Positions 12,670 through 26,710 of a stretch of 64,000 nt of DNA are shown in pieces. The DNA is taken from positions 13,789 to 77,788 of the forward strand of contig CAXHJY010000874.1 of the NCBI GenBank assembly GCA_964016885.1. The letters run 5' to 3'. Position numbers and translations under genes: made by a program. This DNA is from Eledone cirrhosa (lineage: Eukaryota). Numbering within the stretch: position 1 is the stretch's first letter; every line of letters starts with the position of its first letter. Under the pieces are notes generated by a model. That model was not told where the DNA came from. It searched no databases and saw only the letters and a list, made by a program, of their open reading frames with translations.

Positions 12670-12809
12670 CACACATATGTATAAGGAAAACAAATCGAAA
12701 ATGCAACTGGAGTCTTTTTTTAAGAATATTTATTTATTTCCTTTACCGGTTTAACAGTTCTTTCAAAAGTAAAATTGAGATAGAGGGTTTGTGGTTTGTC
12801 TCGTACCTA

Positions 12810-12877
<68 letters not shown>

Positions 12878-13059
12878 TGTTAATATTATAGGAATTCTTT
12901 CAATCTGAGGCTTCAGGCTTGCTGGATAATCTGGATTTGTTGTTAGATAACATTTTTCAGAAATCGACATTAGAAAGTTTATAAAAAAGAGAAAACTGCA
13001 TAAAAGTGAAACAACATATTGTTGTTCCTAACATTGTTGTGTTTATGTTGTTCCTGACA

Positions 13060-13790
13060 GAAGCACAAGGCCAGAAATTTGGAGGAAGAGGTTAGTCGAT
13101 ATTTTGACAGATACTTTCTTTATTTTGGGAGATAAAAGCTAAAGTATTATCTCGGTGGAATTTGAACTCAGAACGAAAAAGAATGCTTTAACAAATGTAA
13201 GAGATATTATTAGACGCGAGGTTGACTTTGCCTTTCATCCTTACGGGGTCGATAAAATAAAGTACCAGTAATGCACTGGGTAATTGCTGGCCTTGTGCCT
13301 AAAGTAGAAACAATTATTAGACACTGTAACGATTCTGCCAATCCACCGCGCTTACTTCTCGCGATAACTCAATTGGTCAAGATGAGGGTTGTAGTATCGT
13401 GAAATTTTAAATAATGGTTTCTGATTTAGGCACAAGGCCAGTAAATTGAAGGGAAGGGGGAAATCTATTAAATTGACCCCAGGGCGCTACTTGTACTTTA
13501 TTTTATCGATACCGTAAGGATGAAAGACAAAGCTAACTTCAGCGGGATTTGAACTCTGATCGTAAAAGGGCCGTAACTATATACTGCAAAGCATGTTGTC
13601 CGACGCTCTACCGATTCTGCCAATCCACAGCCTTCATGAAACTTTAAATAATAATTTCTACTATAGGCACGAGGCCAGCAATTTGGAGGAAGGGGGAAAG
13701 TAGATTAAATTGACCGCCAGTGAGTTACTGGTACTTTATTTTATCGACTCCGTAAGGATGAAAGGCAAAGCTAACCTCGGCGGGATGTGA
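13060..13790. mobile_element. Cluster of four Deu/Nin-type SINE copies or fragments on both strands
   Basis: Recurrent GTAAGGATGAAAGGCAAAG / CTTTGCCTTTCATCCTTAC cores. Confidence 0.8.
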
Positions 13791-13999
13791 AACTTTAAAT
13801 AATAAAAATAGAAAATGTTTGTGATCATAGGCCTGCACAGTGTGGGCTGACTTGGGGTTAAATAGCAGCAGACACTTTAGAACAGCTGGTGACAACAACG
13901 AATAAAATTAATGCAAAATCTTTAGATTTATAGCCCTAAAACTGATTCAATTAGTCGAATTACATAATACATCGATGATATATACGACTGAAAGGTCTT

Positions 14000-14310
14000 T
14001 AAATGGCTGAGTGGTTAAGAAGTTCGCTTCGCAATCATGAGGTTCTGAGTTCGATTTCACTACGTGCAACTTGAGCAAGTGTCTAGGTAAGTGAAAGCTG
14101 GTTGGTGGAACTGTGTGGAAGCCCGTCGGATGGATTGTACCAGTAATTTAAAGTTCTATCTTGGTTATATATTGTGTCAGACTAATTCTATCTGAGAATT
14201 ACGTTCAATGCATACCTGTCTGAGGAATACTCCACCTGCTACACGTTCATTTCTCGAGTCAGACGTCCAGTTGATCGTACAATTGAATATTCATCTTCGA
14301 AACTGGTGGG
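14000..14310 (+). mobile_element. Diverged CORE-type tRNA SINE
   Basis: TGGCTGAGTGGTTAAG A-box, GAGTTCGATTTC B-box, TTGAGCAAGTGTCT core. Confidence 0.65.
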
Positions 14311-14470
14311 GCCCATAATGTAGAAATTCCACCAATTATGACGTCGTTATCACGTTTTTGTCCCTGGTCAGCTTTAATGCACCAGAATTGTGATTTCGTG
14401 ATCATTTTGTCTTTTTTCTATATCGAGAACTACATTATTCTATGTCCTTCTGCGTGTTTAAGACGGTAAG

Positions 14471-14588
<118 letters not shown>

Positions 14589-15700
14589 GAGAGAGAGATA
14601 TTACGTTTCTTAGGTTAAAGAATAAGCATGTGAAAATAAGTGGCAAAAGATATCTAAAAGTAGTAACGAGTAGACAAAAGGAAAAAAAACAATAAGCAAA
14701 TGGCAGACTAAATAAGTAAAACGGGGTTTGAAGGTAATATCGTATTACAGACGACAGATGTTACAAATTGTCTACTTTTATTGCTGTTCTTTGTTTAACG
14801 ACGTCCAAATAAGCATTGCTACTATCTATAACAGATAATACTTTGTTATAATTTGCTCCAGATTATAATTGTTTAAACATAAAAAGAAAGAAAAGAAAAA
14901 AGAAGGGGTGGGGACCACATTCTTCTTTGACTAATGTGATGTAGGAACAAAATAACGAAAGTATCACCTCGGGGAAAGTTAGTGATATATGTTACCTCGT
15001 AACGACCTTCTTCGTGTGTGATGCCCTCATCTCGATTTAGTGGGATAAGACAACACCCCGGGGATCGAGGAATGTGATTCGTATATAGTTAGCATTCATT
15101 CCTCTCCGTTGCAGTCAACGGTGCCATTGTTTATGGCTGAAACAATAAGGTTGGTACCGGAGAAAGCGGCACAATATATGGCATCACGAATATAGTGACT
15201 TACCTACAATCAAATGTAAAAGGGGTGTACTGTCTAACCCAAAAGTGGGAAACCTTTTCATGTTGAAAGGTTGCATTAAGTTTCTTGTAATATAATAAGG
15301 CTGCATTCAAGAAACCATACTTATATATTCCTAAAATCTACATTTTGTAATAATCTAATTACTATATACTAATTATCTAAAAAACGGGGATAAATAACTT
15401 TTATAGCTAACTAGCTTTTAAGGACTTTCTTGTGACCGTTGGTTGTAGGAAAGCATTTTGATTTTTTGTTGCAACATGGAGGTCCTAAGTTTCTGCTGAA
15501 CCTCTAGATGTGCATATGCCATGTGTAAACTCAAAGGTATTAAATTAAGAGAATAAGAGATTCACAAAAACACCATCATTGGCACGGAGTTGGCTACCCG
15601 CATGTGTGAGCCTCGCGTCTCCCTCACTTCCTCCGAGGAAACACTTTCTCTATTATGTCTGCTGGGACTGCGGGGAAACCAGTGCGGGGGCTCCCAGTTG

Positions 15701-18700
15701 CATATAATAGTGAGAGGTGGGGAGAGTGAGAGAGATGGAGGCAGTGAGTGAAAGAGAGAGTACATCAACCATATAATAGTGAGACGTGGGGAGAGTGAGA
15801 GAGATGGAGGCAGTGAGTGAAAGAGAGAGTACATCAACCATATAATAGTGAGAGGTGGGGAGAGTGAGAGAGATGGAGGCAGTGAGTGAAAGAGAGAGTA
15901 CATCAACCATATAATAGTGAGAGGTGGGGAGAGTGAGAGAGACGGAGGCAGTGAGTGAAAGATAGAGTACATTAACCATATAATAGTGAGAGGTGGGGAG
16001 AGTGAGAGAGATGGAGGCAGTGAGTGAAAGAAAGAGTACATCAACCATATAATAGTGAGAGATGGGGAGAGTGAGAGAGATGGAGGCAGTGAGTGAAAGA
16101 GAGAGTACATCAACCATATAATAGTGAGAGGTGGGGACAGTGAGAGAGACGGAGGCAGTGAGTGAAAGATAGAGTACATCAACCATATAATAGTGAGAGG
16201 TGGGGAGAGTGAGAGAGATGGAGGCAGTGAGTGAAAGATAGAGTACATCAACCATATAATAGTGAGAGGTGGGGAGAGTGAGAGAGATGGAGGCAGTGAG
16301 TGAAAGAGAGAGTACATCAACCATATAATAGTGAGAGGTGGGGACAGTGAGAGAGACGGAGGCAGTGAGTGAAAGATAGAGTACATCAACCATATAATAG
16401 TGAGAGGTGGGGAGAGTGAGAGAGATGGAGGCAGTGAGTGAAAGAGAGAGTACATCAACCATATAATAGTGAGAGGTGGGGAGAGTGAGAGAGATGGAGG
16501 CAGTGAGTGAAAGAGAGAGTACATCAACCATATAATAGTGAGAGGTGGGGAGAGTGAGAGAGACGGAGGCAGTGAGTGAAAGATAGAGTACATCAACCAT
16601 ATAATAGTGAGAGGTCGGGAGAGTGAGAGAGATGGAGGCAGTGAGTGAAAGAGAGAGTACATCAACCATATAATAGTGAGAGTGGGGACAATGAGAGAGA
16701 CGGAGGCAGTGAGTGAAAGATAGAGTACATCAACCATATAATAGTGAGAGGTGGGGAGAGTGAGAGAGACGGAGGCAGTGAGTGAAAGATAGAGTACATC
16801 AACCATATAATAGTGAGAGGTGGGGAGAGTGAGAGAGATGGAGGCAGTGAGTGAAAGAGATAGTACATCAACCATATAATAGTGAGAGATGGGAACAGTG
16901 AGAGAGACGGAGGCAGTGAGTGAAAGATAGAGTACATCAACCATATAATAGTGAGAGGTGGGGAGAGTGAGAGAGATGGAGGCAGTGAGTGAAAGATAGA
17001 GTACATCAACCATATAATAGTGAGAGGTGGGGAGAGTGAGAGAGATGGAGGCAGTGAGTGAAAGAGAGAGTACATCAACCATATAATAGTGAGAGGTGGG
17101 GACAGTGAGAGAGACGGAGGCAGTGAGTGAAAGATAGAGTACATCAACCATATAATAGTGAGAGGTGGGGAGAGTGAGAGAGATGGAGGCAGTGAGTGAA
17201 AGAGAGAGTACATCAACCATATAATAGTGAGAGGTGGGGAGAGTGAGAGAGACGGAGGCAGTGAGTGAAAGATAGAGTACATCAACCATATAATAGTGAG
17301 AGGTGGGGAGAGTGAGAGAGATAGAGGCAGTGAGTGAAAGAGAGAGTACATCAACCATATAATAGTGAGAGGTGGGGACAATGAGAGAGACGGAGGCAGT
17401 GAGTGAAAGATAGAGTACATCAACCATAAAATAGTGAGAGGTGGGGAGAGTGAGAGAGATGGAGGCAGTGAGTGAAAGAGAGAGTACATCAACCATATAA
17501 TAGTGAGAGGTGGTGAGAGTGAGAGAGACGGAGGCAGTAAGTGAAAGAGAGAGTACATCAACCATATAATAGTGAGAGGTGGGGAGAGTGAGAGAGACGG
17601 AGGCAGTGAGTGAAAGATAGAGTACATCAACCATATAATAGTGAGAGGTGGGAGAGTGAGAGAGATGGAGGCAGTGAGTGAAAGAGAGAGTACATCAACC
17701 ATATAATAGTGAGAGATGGGGAGAGTGAGAGAGACGGAGGCAGTGAGTGAAAGAGAGAGTACATTAACCATATAATAGTGAAAGGTGGGGAGAGTGAGAG
17801 AGACAGAGGCAGTGAGTGAAAGAGAGAGTACAGGAACCATATAATAGTGAGAGGTGGGGAGAGTGAGAGAGACGGAGGCAGTGAGTGAAAGAGAGAGTAC
17901 ATTAACCATATAATAGTGAAAGGTGGGGAGAGTGAGAGAGACAGAGGCAGTGAGTGAAAGAGAGAGTACAGGAACCATATAATAGTGAGAGGTGGGGAGA
18001 GTGAGAGAGATGGAGGCAGTGAGTGAAAGAGAGAGTACAGGAACCATATAATAGTGAGAGATGGGGAGAGTGAGAGAGATGGAGGCATTGAGTGAAAGAG
18101 AGAGTACATCAACCATATAATAGTGAGAGGTGGGGAGAGTGAGAGAGACGGAGGCAGTGAGTGAAAGAGAGAGTACATCAACTATATAATAGGGAGAGGT
18201 GGGGAGAGTGAGAGAGATGGAGGCAGTGAGTGAAAGAGAGAGTACATCAACCATATAATAGTGAGAGTGGGGACAATGAGAGAGACGGAGGCAGTGAGTG
18301 AAAGATAGAGTACATCAACCATATAATAGTGAGAGGTGGGGAGAGTGAGAGAGATGGAGGCAGTGAGTGAAAGATAGAGTACATCAACCATATAATAGTG
18401 AGAGGTGGGGAGAGTGAGAGAGATGGAGGCAGTGAGTGAAAGATAGAGTACATCAACCATATAATAGTGAGAGGTGGGGAGAGTGAGAGAGATGGAGGCA
18501 GTGAGTGAAAGAGAGAGTACATCAACCATATAATAGTGAGAGGTGGGGACAGTGAGAAAGACGGAGGCAGTGAGTGAAAGATAGAGTACATCAACCATAT
18601 AATAGTGAGAGGTGGGGAGAGTGAGAGAGATGGAGCCAGTGAGTGAAAGAGAGAGTACATCAACCATATAATAGTGAGAGGTGGGGAGAGTGAGAGAGAT

Positions 18701-21700
18701 GGAGGCAGTGAGTGAAAGAGAGAGTACATCAACCATATAATAGTGAGAGGTGGGGACAATGAGAGAGACGGAGGCAGTGAGTGAAAGATAGAGTACATCA
18801 ACCATAAAATAGTGAGAGGTGGGGAGAGTGAGAGAGATGGAGGCAGTGAGTGAAAGAGAGAGTACATCAACCATATAATAGTGAGAGGTGGGGACAATGA
18901 GAGAGACGGAGGCAGTGAGTGAAAGATAGAGTACATCAACCATAAAATAGTGAGAGGTGGTGAGAGTGAGAGAGACGGAGGCAGTGAGTGAAAGAGAGAG
19001 TACATCAACCATATAATAGTGAGAGGTGGGGAGAGTGAGAGAGACGGAGGCAGTGAGTGAAAGATAGAGTACATCAACCATATAATAGTGAGAGGTGGGA
19101 GAGTGAGAGAGATGGAAGCAGTGAGTGAAAGAGAGAGTACATCAACCATATAATAGTGAGAGATGGGGAGAGTGAGAGAGACGGAGGCAGTGAGTGAAAG
19201 AGAGAGTACATTAACCATATAATAGTGAAAGGTGGGGAGAGTGAGAGAGACAGAGGCAGTGAGTGAAAGAGAGAGTACAGGAACCATATAATAGTGAGAG
19301 ATGGGGAGAGTGAGAGAGATGGAGGCATTGAGTGAAAGAGAGAGTACATCAACCATATAATAGTGAGAGGTGGGGAGAGTGAGAGAGACGGAGGCAGTGA
19401 GTGAAAGAGAGAGTACATCAACTATATAATAGGGAGAGGTGGGGAGAGTGAGAGAGATGGAGGCAGTGAGTGAAAGAGAGAGTACATCAACCATATAATA
19501 GTGAGAGGTGGGGAGAGTGAGAGAGACGGAGGCAGTGAGTGAAAGATAGAGTACATCAACCATATAATAGTGAGAGGTGGGAGAGTGAGAGAGATGGAGG
19601 CAGTGAGTGAAAGAGAGAGTACATCAACCATATAATAGTGAGAGGTGGGGAGAGTGAGAGAGACGGAGGCAGTGAGTGAAAGAGAGAGTACATCAACTAT
19701 ATAATAGGGAGAGGTGGGGAGAGTGAGAGAGATGGAGGCAGTGAGTGAAAGAGAGAGTACATCAACCATATAATAGTGAGAGGTGGGGAGAGTGAGAGAG
19801 ACGGAGGCAGTGAGTGAAAGATAGAGTACATCAACTATATAATAGTGAGAGGTGGGAGAGTGAGAGAGATGGAGGCAGTGAGTGAGAGAGAGAGTACATC
19901 AACCATATAATAGTGAGAGGTGGGGAGAGTGAGAGAGACAGAGGCAGTGAGTGAAAGAGAGAGTACAGGAACCATATAATAGTGAGAGATGGGGAGAGTG
20001 AGAGAGATGGAGGCATTGAGTGAAAGAGAGAGTACATCAACCATATAATAGTGAGAGGTGGGGAGAGTGAGAGAGACGGAGGCAGTGAGTGAAAGAGAGA
20101 GTACATCAACTATATAATAGGGAGAGGTGGGGAGAGTGAGAGAGATGGAGGCAGTGAGTGAAAGAGAGAGTACATCAACCATATAATAGTGAGAGGTGGG
20201 GAGAGTGAGAGAGACGGAGGCAGTGAGTGAAAGATAGAGTACATCAACCATATAATAGTGAGAGGTGGGGAGAGTGAGAGAGACGGAGGCAGTGAGTGAA
20301 AGAGAGAGTACATTAACCATATAATAGTGAAAGGTGGGGAGAGTGAGAGAGACAGAGGCAGTGAGTGAAAGAGAGAGTACAGGAACCATATAATAGTGAG
20401 AGGTGGGGAGAGTGAGAGAGACGGAGGCAGTGAGTGAAAGAGAGAGTACATTAACCATATAATAGTGAAAGGTGGGGAGAGTGAGAGAGACAGAGGCAGT
20501 GAGTGAAAGAGAGAGTACAGGAACCATATAATAGTGAGAGGTGGGGAGAGTGAGAGAGATGGAGGCAGTGAGTGAAAGAGAGAGTACAGGAACCATATAA
20601 TAGTGAGAGATGGGGAGAGTGAGAGAGATGGAGGCATTGAGTGAAAGAGAGAGTACATCAACCATATAATAGTGAGAGGTGGGGAGAGTGAGAGAGACGG
20701 AGGCAGTGAGTGAAAGAGAGAGTACATCAACTATATAATAGGGAGAGGTGGGGAGAGTGAGAGAGATGGAGGCAGTGAGTGAAAGAGAGAGTACATCAAC
20801 CATATAATAGTGAGAGTGGGGACAATGAGAGAGACGGAGGCAGTGAGTGAAAGATAGAGTACATCAACCATATAATAGTGAGAGGTGGGGAGAGTGAGAG
20901 AGATGGAGGCAGTGAGTGAAAGATAGAGTACATCAACCATATAATAGTGAGAGGTGGGGAGAGTGAGAGAGATGGAGGCAGTGAGTGAAAGATAGAGTAC
21001 ATCAACCATATAATAGTGAGAGGTGGGGAGAGTGAGAGAGATGGAGGCAGTGAGTGAAAGAGAGAGTACATCAACCATATAATAGTGAGAGGTGGGGACA
21101 GTGAGAAAGACGGAGGCAGTGAGTGAAAGATAGAGTACATCAACCATATAATAGTGAGAGGTGGGGAGAGTGAGAGAGATGGAGCCAGTGAGTGAAAGAG
21201 AGAGTACATCAACCATATAATAGTGAGAGGTGGGGAGAGTGAGAGAGATGGAGGCAGTGAGTGAAAGAGAGAGTACATCAACCATATAATAGTGAGAGGT
21301 GGGGACAATGAGAGAGACGGAGGCAGTGAGTGAAAGATAGAGTACATCAACCATAAAATAGTGAGAGGTGGGGAGAGTGAGAGAGATGGAGGCAGTGAGT
21401 GAAAGAGAGAGTACATCAACCATATAATAGTGAGAGGTGGGGACAATGAGAGAGACGGAGGCAGTGAGTGAAAGATAGAGTACATCAACCATAAAATAGT
21501 GAGAGGTGGTGAGAGTGAGAGAGACGGAGGCAGTGAGTGAAAGAGAGAGTACATCAACCATATAATAGTGAGAGGTGGGGAGAGTGAGAGAGACGGAGGC
21601 AGTGAGTGAAAGATAGAGTACATCAACCATATAATAGTGAGAGGTGGGAGAGTGAGAGAGATGGAAGCAGTGAGTGAAAGAGAGAGTACATCAACCATAT

Positions 21701-23400
21701 AATAGTGAGAGGTGGGGAGAGTGAGAGAGACGGAGGCAGTGAGTGAAAGATAGAGTACATCAACCATATAATAGTGAGAGGTGGGAGAGTGAGAGAGATG
21801 GAGGCAGTGAGTGAAAGAGAGAGTACATCAACCATATAATAGTGAGAGGTGGGGAGAGTGAGAGAGACGGAGGCAGTGAGTGAAAGATAGAGTACATCAA
21901 CTATATAATAGTGAGAGGTGGGAGAGTGAGAGAGATGGAGGCAGTGAGTGAGAGAGAGAGTACATCAACCATATAATAGTGAGAGGTGGGGAGAGTGAGA
22001 GAGACAGAGGCAGTGAGTGAAAGAGAGAGTACAGGAACCATATAATAGTGAGAGATGGGGAGAGTGAGAGAGATGGAGGCATTGAGTGAAAGAGAGAGTA
22101 CATCAACCATATAATAGTGAGAGGTGGGGAGAGTGAGAGAGACGGAGGCAGTGAGTGAAAGAGAGAGTACATCAACTATATAATAGGGAGAGGTGGGGAG
22201 AGTGAGAGAGATGGAGGCAGTGAGTGAAAGAGAGAGTACATCAACCATATAATAGTGAGAGGTGGGGAGAGTGAGAGAGACGGAGGCAGTGAGTGAAAGA
22301 TAGAGTACATCAACCATATAATAGTGAGAGGTGGGAGAGTGAGAGAGATGGAGGCAGTGAGTGAAAGAGAGAGTACATCAACCATATAATAGTGAGAGGT
22401 GGGGAGAGTGAGAGAGACGGAGGCAGTGAGTGAAAGAGAGAGTACATCAACTATATAATAGGGAGAGGTGGGGAGAGTGAGAGAGATGGAGGCAGTGAGT
22501 GAAAGAGAGAGTACATCAACCATATAATAGTGAGAGGTGGGGAGAGTGAGAGAGACGGAGGCAGTGAGTGAAAGATAGAGTACATCAACTATATAATAGT
22601 GAGAGGTGGGAGAGTGAGAGAGATGGAGGCAGTGAGTGAGAGAGAGAGTACATCAACCATATAATAGTGAGAGGTGGGGAGAGTGAGAGAGACAGAGGCA
22701 GTGAGTGAAAGAGAGAGTACAGGAACCATATAATAGTGAGAGATGGGGAGAGTGAGAGAGATGGAGGCATTGAGTGAAAGAGAGAGTACATCAACCATAT
22801 AATAGTGAGAGGTGGGGAGAGTGAGAGAGACGGAGGCAGTGAGTGAAAGAGAGAGTACATCAACTATATAATAGGGAGAGGTGGGGAGAGTGAGAGAGAT
22901 GGAGGCAGTGAGTGAAAGAGAGAGTACATCAACCATATAATAGTGAGAGGTGGGGAGAGTGAGAGAGACGGAGGCAGTGAGTGAAAGATAGAGTACATCA
23001 ACCATATAATAGTGAGAGGTGGGAGAGTGAGAGAGATGGAGGCAGTGAGTGAAAGAGAGAGTACATCAACCATATAATAGTGAGAGATGGGGAGAGTGAG
23101 AGAGACGGAGGCAGTGAGTGAAAGAGAGAGTACATTAACCATATAATAGTGAAAGGTGGGGAGAGTGAGAGAGACAGAGGCAGTGAGTGAAAGAGAGAGT
23201 ACAGGAACCATATAATAGTGAGAGAGACGGAGGCAGTGAGTGAAAGAGAGAGGACATCAACCATATAATAGTGAGAGATGGGGAGAGTGAGAGAGATGGT
23301 GGCAGTGAATGAAAGAGAGAGTACATCAATCATATAATAGGAGAGGTGGGGAGAGTGAGAGAGTCGGAGACAGTGAGTGAAAGAGAGAGTACATCAACCA
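15701..23400. repeat. 69-bp tandem satellite array of about 111 units, with higher-order block duplications
   Basis: Unit ACCATATAATAGTGAGAGGTGGGGAGAGTGAGAGAGATGGAGGCAGTGAGTGAAAGAGAGAGTACATCA. Variant patterns recur at offsets of 688, 1447, 2066 and 2549 bp. Confidence 0.98.
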
Positions 23401-23952
23401 GTTTTTTAATGATTGCTTTTGTTGTTATTTTTTGGCTAGGCTTTTCTCTTTTTGTTTCATTCAAAATTTCCATTTATAGCAATCAATTTAGATCTCGGTT
23501 ACGCAGCTCAGCTTTATTCAACATCTCATATACTCCGCTGGTGGTTAATTACAGAGTAAATAACAGACGAAATGTAACAGAAAAAAAAACAACTTTTATA
23601 TACATAGTTTATTTTGAAATATCTATATTTGCGTCCACAGATTTTAGAATATCTCAGTTTTCGAGCATCCCTGTTTTCAGGTGAAAGCAAAGATGTTGTG
23701 CTTAAACTTAAAATCTGTTCAAATAATAAATATCTGGCCAAGTGTTTTATATATATATTATTTATTTATGTTCATACACAGGACAAAAGCGCTACAAAAG
23801 GTTTCAATGCCTAAATGTAATCATATCTCTAGAATACTAGAGGCATCAAATGACCTTTCTTCAAGCGTTTATATGTTCCGTGTGTGAACTTAAATAAATA
23901 ATATATTATTGAGCACTGTTTTCCTTCTTCCTTTTCACACCTTCGGATATTG

Positions 23953-23954
<2 letters not shown>

Positions 23955-24006
<52 letters not shown>

Positions 24007-24039
24007 CACACACACACACAGACACACACACACACACAG

Positions 24040-24071
<32 letters not shown>

Positions 24072-24223
24072 ACATACACACATACACACACAGACACACA
24101 CAGACACACACAGACACACAGACACAGACACACACACACACCCACACACACACACACCCATAAACACACACACATACAGACACACACACACAGACACACA
24201 CACACTAAGACACACACACACAG

Positions 24224-24256
<33 letters not shown>

Positions 24257-24309
24257 GACAAACACAGACACACACACACAGACACACACACACTCAAACA
24301 CACACACAG

Positions 24310-24346
<37 letters not shown>
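23955..24346. repeat. Degenerate (CA)n/(CACAGA)n microsatellite ending in (TA)n
   Basis: Seen directly. Confidence 0.95.
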
Positions 24347-24440
24347 AGTATACGTATTTTGTATATCTAGCGATATACGGTGTGTTTACGAATAATCATT
24401 TTGAAAGTCTTCAGCTATGAATTTAGAAACTGATGACGTA

Positions 24441-24454
24441 GCGCCATCTAGCGG
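24441..24454 (-). promoter_or_regulatory. CTCF-like core motif (CCGCTAGATGGCGC)
   Basis: Close match to the CTCF core consensus CC(A/G)(C/G)(C/T)AG(A/G)(G/T)GGC(A/G)C. It lies between 45-bp direct repeats at 24352-24397 and 24654-24698. Motif match only. Confidence 0.35.
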
Positions 24455-25137
24455 ATTCCAGCAGAAGCAAAGGGTGGGTAACTGACGACAAAGATATCGT
24501 TTCTGACTCTGGCTGTTATCAAATCAGTGATCTGCTCTCTGCTGGAACTCAATATGGGCTGATTAGCCTCATTTTCATATAGAGCTATCGGCTGGCTCGG
24601 CCGGCAAATAGAATTAAGGTGTTAGCTCTCTCATAGCTGTATACATATAAGTATGCGTGTTTTGTGTATCTAGCGATATACGGTGTGTTTACGAATAAAC
24701 TAGCCGTAATGGAGGGAGATGGGATCAAGGAACTAGTCATAATAGTGGGAGGGGGAATCAAGGGACCAGTGATAAAGGTGAGAGGGGGGATCAAACAACA
24801 ATTCATCAACATATAATAGGATTTTAATCACAACCCAATCAAGAATATACACAATGACAAAGTGTCTCTTTCCTGCGAAGTGTTGAAGATTTTCTTATTG
24901 AGGTGAAATCCCAGTCTTCAATCGAAAATTCAAGGTCTGTTATGAATAAATCCCCAATTCCCTCTGCAAACTTCAATCAGGATGATACTGACGGTTAGAT
25001 GTATATGTTGGCATGGCTTTGAATGGAGTTTCTGAGTCACTCGAGAACGATTCAGGTCTAGAATTTTCAGCACGCAGGAGTCAAACTTATTCCCAACTAT
25101 AGTTAGCTTTGATCTAGTTGAGTGATATTATTTTAGA

Positions 25138-25332
25138 AAGACGGTGGATTGGCAGTATCGGTAGAGGGTCGGACGTCATGCTTTCCAGCATAGTTACGTC
25201 CCTTTACCATCTGAGTTCAAATCCCGCCGAGGTTGACTTTGCCTTTCATCCTTACGGGGTCGATAAAAATAAAGTACCAGTAATGCACTGGGTAATTGCT
25301 GGCCTTGTGCCTAAAGTAGAAACAATTATTTT
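25138..25332 (+). mobile_element. Near full-length Deu/Nin-type tRNA SINE with an apparent target-site duplication
   Basis: A/B boxes and GCCTTTCATCCTTACGGGGTCGATAAAAATAAAGTACCAG. ATTATTTTAGAAAGAC is repeated on both sides. Confidence 0.88.
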
Positions 25333-25947
25333 AGAAAGACTTAAGTAACAAGTTAAAAGTGATCTTGCACTGAGTATGGTATCTATTCATAGTTGTTACG
25401 GAGTCCAGGTGACCAAACTTCCTTAGTCGTTTGGAAATATCATACTCATTAGTGTTATTTGGTGACTAGAATAACACCTTAGACGTACAATGGGGTTGTG
25501 TTGGAGTACCAGATAAGATGATGGCGTAAAGTTATCTGAACAAGCTTCGAACACATTTCTCAAATATATTCAGTCTCCGAAATGTCTCAAATGGACCAAT
25601 TGCAATGAGTCATTGGGGGCCAATATTATGTTAGCATACCCATTAGTTTAGTAACCAGCAAAAATGCAGTGTGAACATTCTAGAGTAGTTGGTTACACAG
25701 ACCATATGGACTAAATCTGTATTGCTAATTTAGATTGAACTTTTTGATAGTAACCGGGTTACTGGAAGCTGAATGTGTCGTTTCCTACAGAGAAGCATTA
25801 TAATTGAGTTAATTGAGGGGGAATTGATGGAGCTATTATAACCGACAATTATTAGGTGGAGTTAAGAGGACAGCTTAAATTTGTATCAGTTAGTTTTAGT
25901 AAGAAACTAACGTTAGAATGTATTTTGTTAGTGATAGAATTATTAGA

Positions 25948-26123
25948 CTAGAGTCTTGTGGAAATAATATCGCTATACTAGAGTCTTGTAGAAAAGATAC
26001 TGCCAAACTAGAGTTTTGTGGGAAAGATACTGCTAAACTTGAGTCTTGTGGGAAATATATTGGTATACTTGAGTCTTGTGGGAAAGATATCACTAGACTT
26101 GAGTCTTGTGGGAATGATATCGC
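25948..26123. repeat. 30-bp minisatellite, 6 copies (GAGTCTTGTGGGAAAGATACTGCTAAACTT-like)
   Basis: Units start at 25951, 25981, 26011, 26041, 26071 and 26101. Confidence 0.9.
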
Positions 26124-26496
26124 AGATAACGTTTGGACAGCGGTTAAAATGACGTTTGTGGTTTCTTTAACGATAAGCAAGAAGGTTGCGTTGTCTGTCC
26201 GAAAATCATTGACCCGCGGAATTATAGTGGTCAGTTGTTATCGCGTGTATATCGAATATGACGATTGTATTACTGATTTTCTTTGACAAAGAGGCTCCGG
26301 CAATTTTTCCTCTGTCTAGTGACCATGGTAATATGACTTGTTTTAATAGGTTGTACGCTGGTAGAGGATGAAAGGAATGAGAGCAGGAATTTTTCTTCTG
26401 TGAAATACTTATCGATTTCCTTAGATATCTCACGAACTGTAAACGATAATTCTATCCGGGATTTGAACTCAGCATAATAATATAATATATCACTTA

Positions 26497-26710
26497 ATAA
26501 TTGTTTCTACTTTTGGCAAAAGACCAGCAATTTGGAGGGGGGTCGATGAAATTGACCCCAGTGCGTGACTAGTACTTTATTTTATCGACCCCGTAAGGAT
26601 GAAAGGCAAAGTTAACCTCGGCGGGATTTGAACTCAGATCATAAAGGGCCGTAACTCTATGCGGCAAAGCATGGCGTCCGACCCTCTACCGATTCTGCCA
26701 ATCCACCTCT
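26497..26710 (-). mobile_element. Full-length Deu/Nin-type SINE
   Basis: Same family as 25138, reverse orientation. CTTAATAAT flanks both ends. Confidence 0.88.

Noticed and set aside
15562-23333. Long minus-strand ORFs up to 690 aa with 23-aa repeats
   Set aside because: They follow from a 69-bp unit (divisible by 3) with no stops in two frames. Frames switch at 1-bp deletions, and there is no unique domain or splice evidence.
15701-23400. CRISPR-like array
   Set aside because: Units are contiguous near-identical monomers with no unique spacers, there are no cas genes, and the context is eukaryotic.
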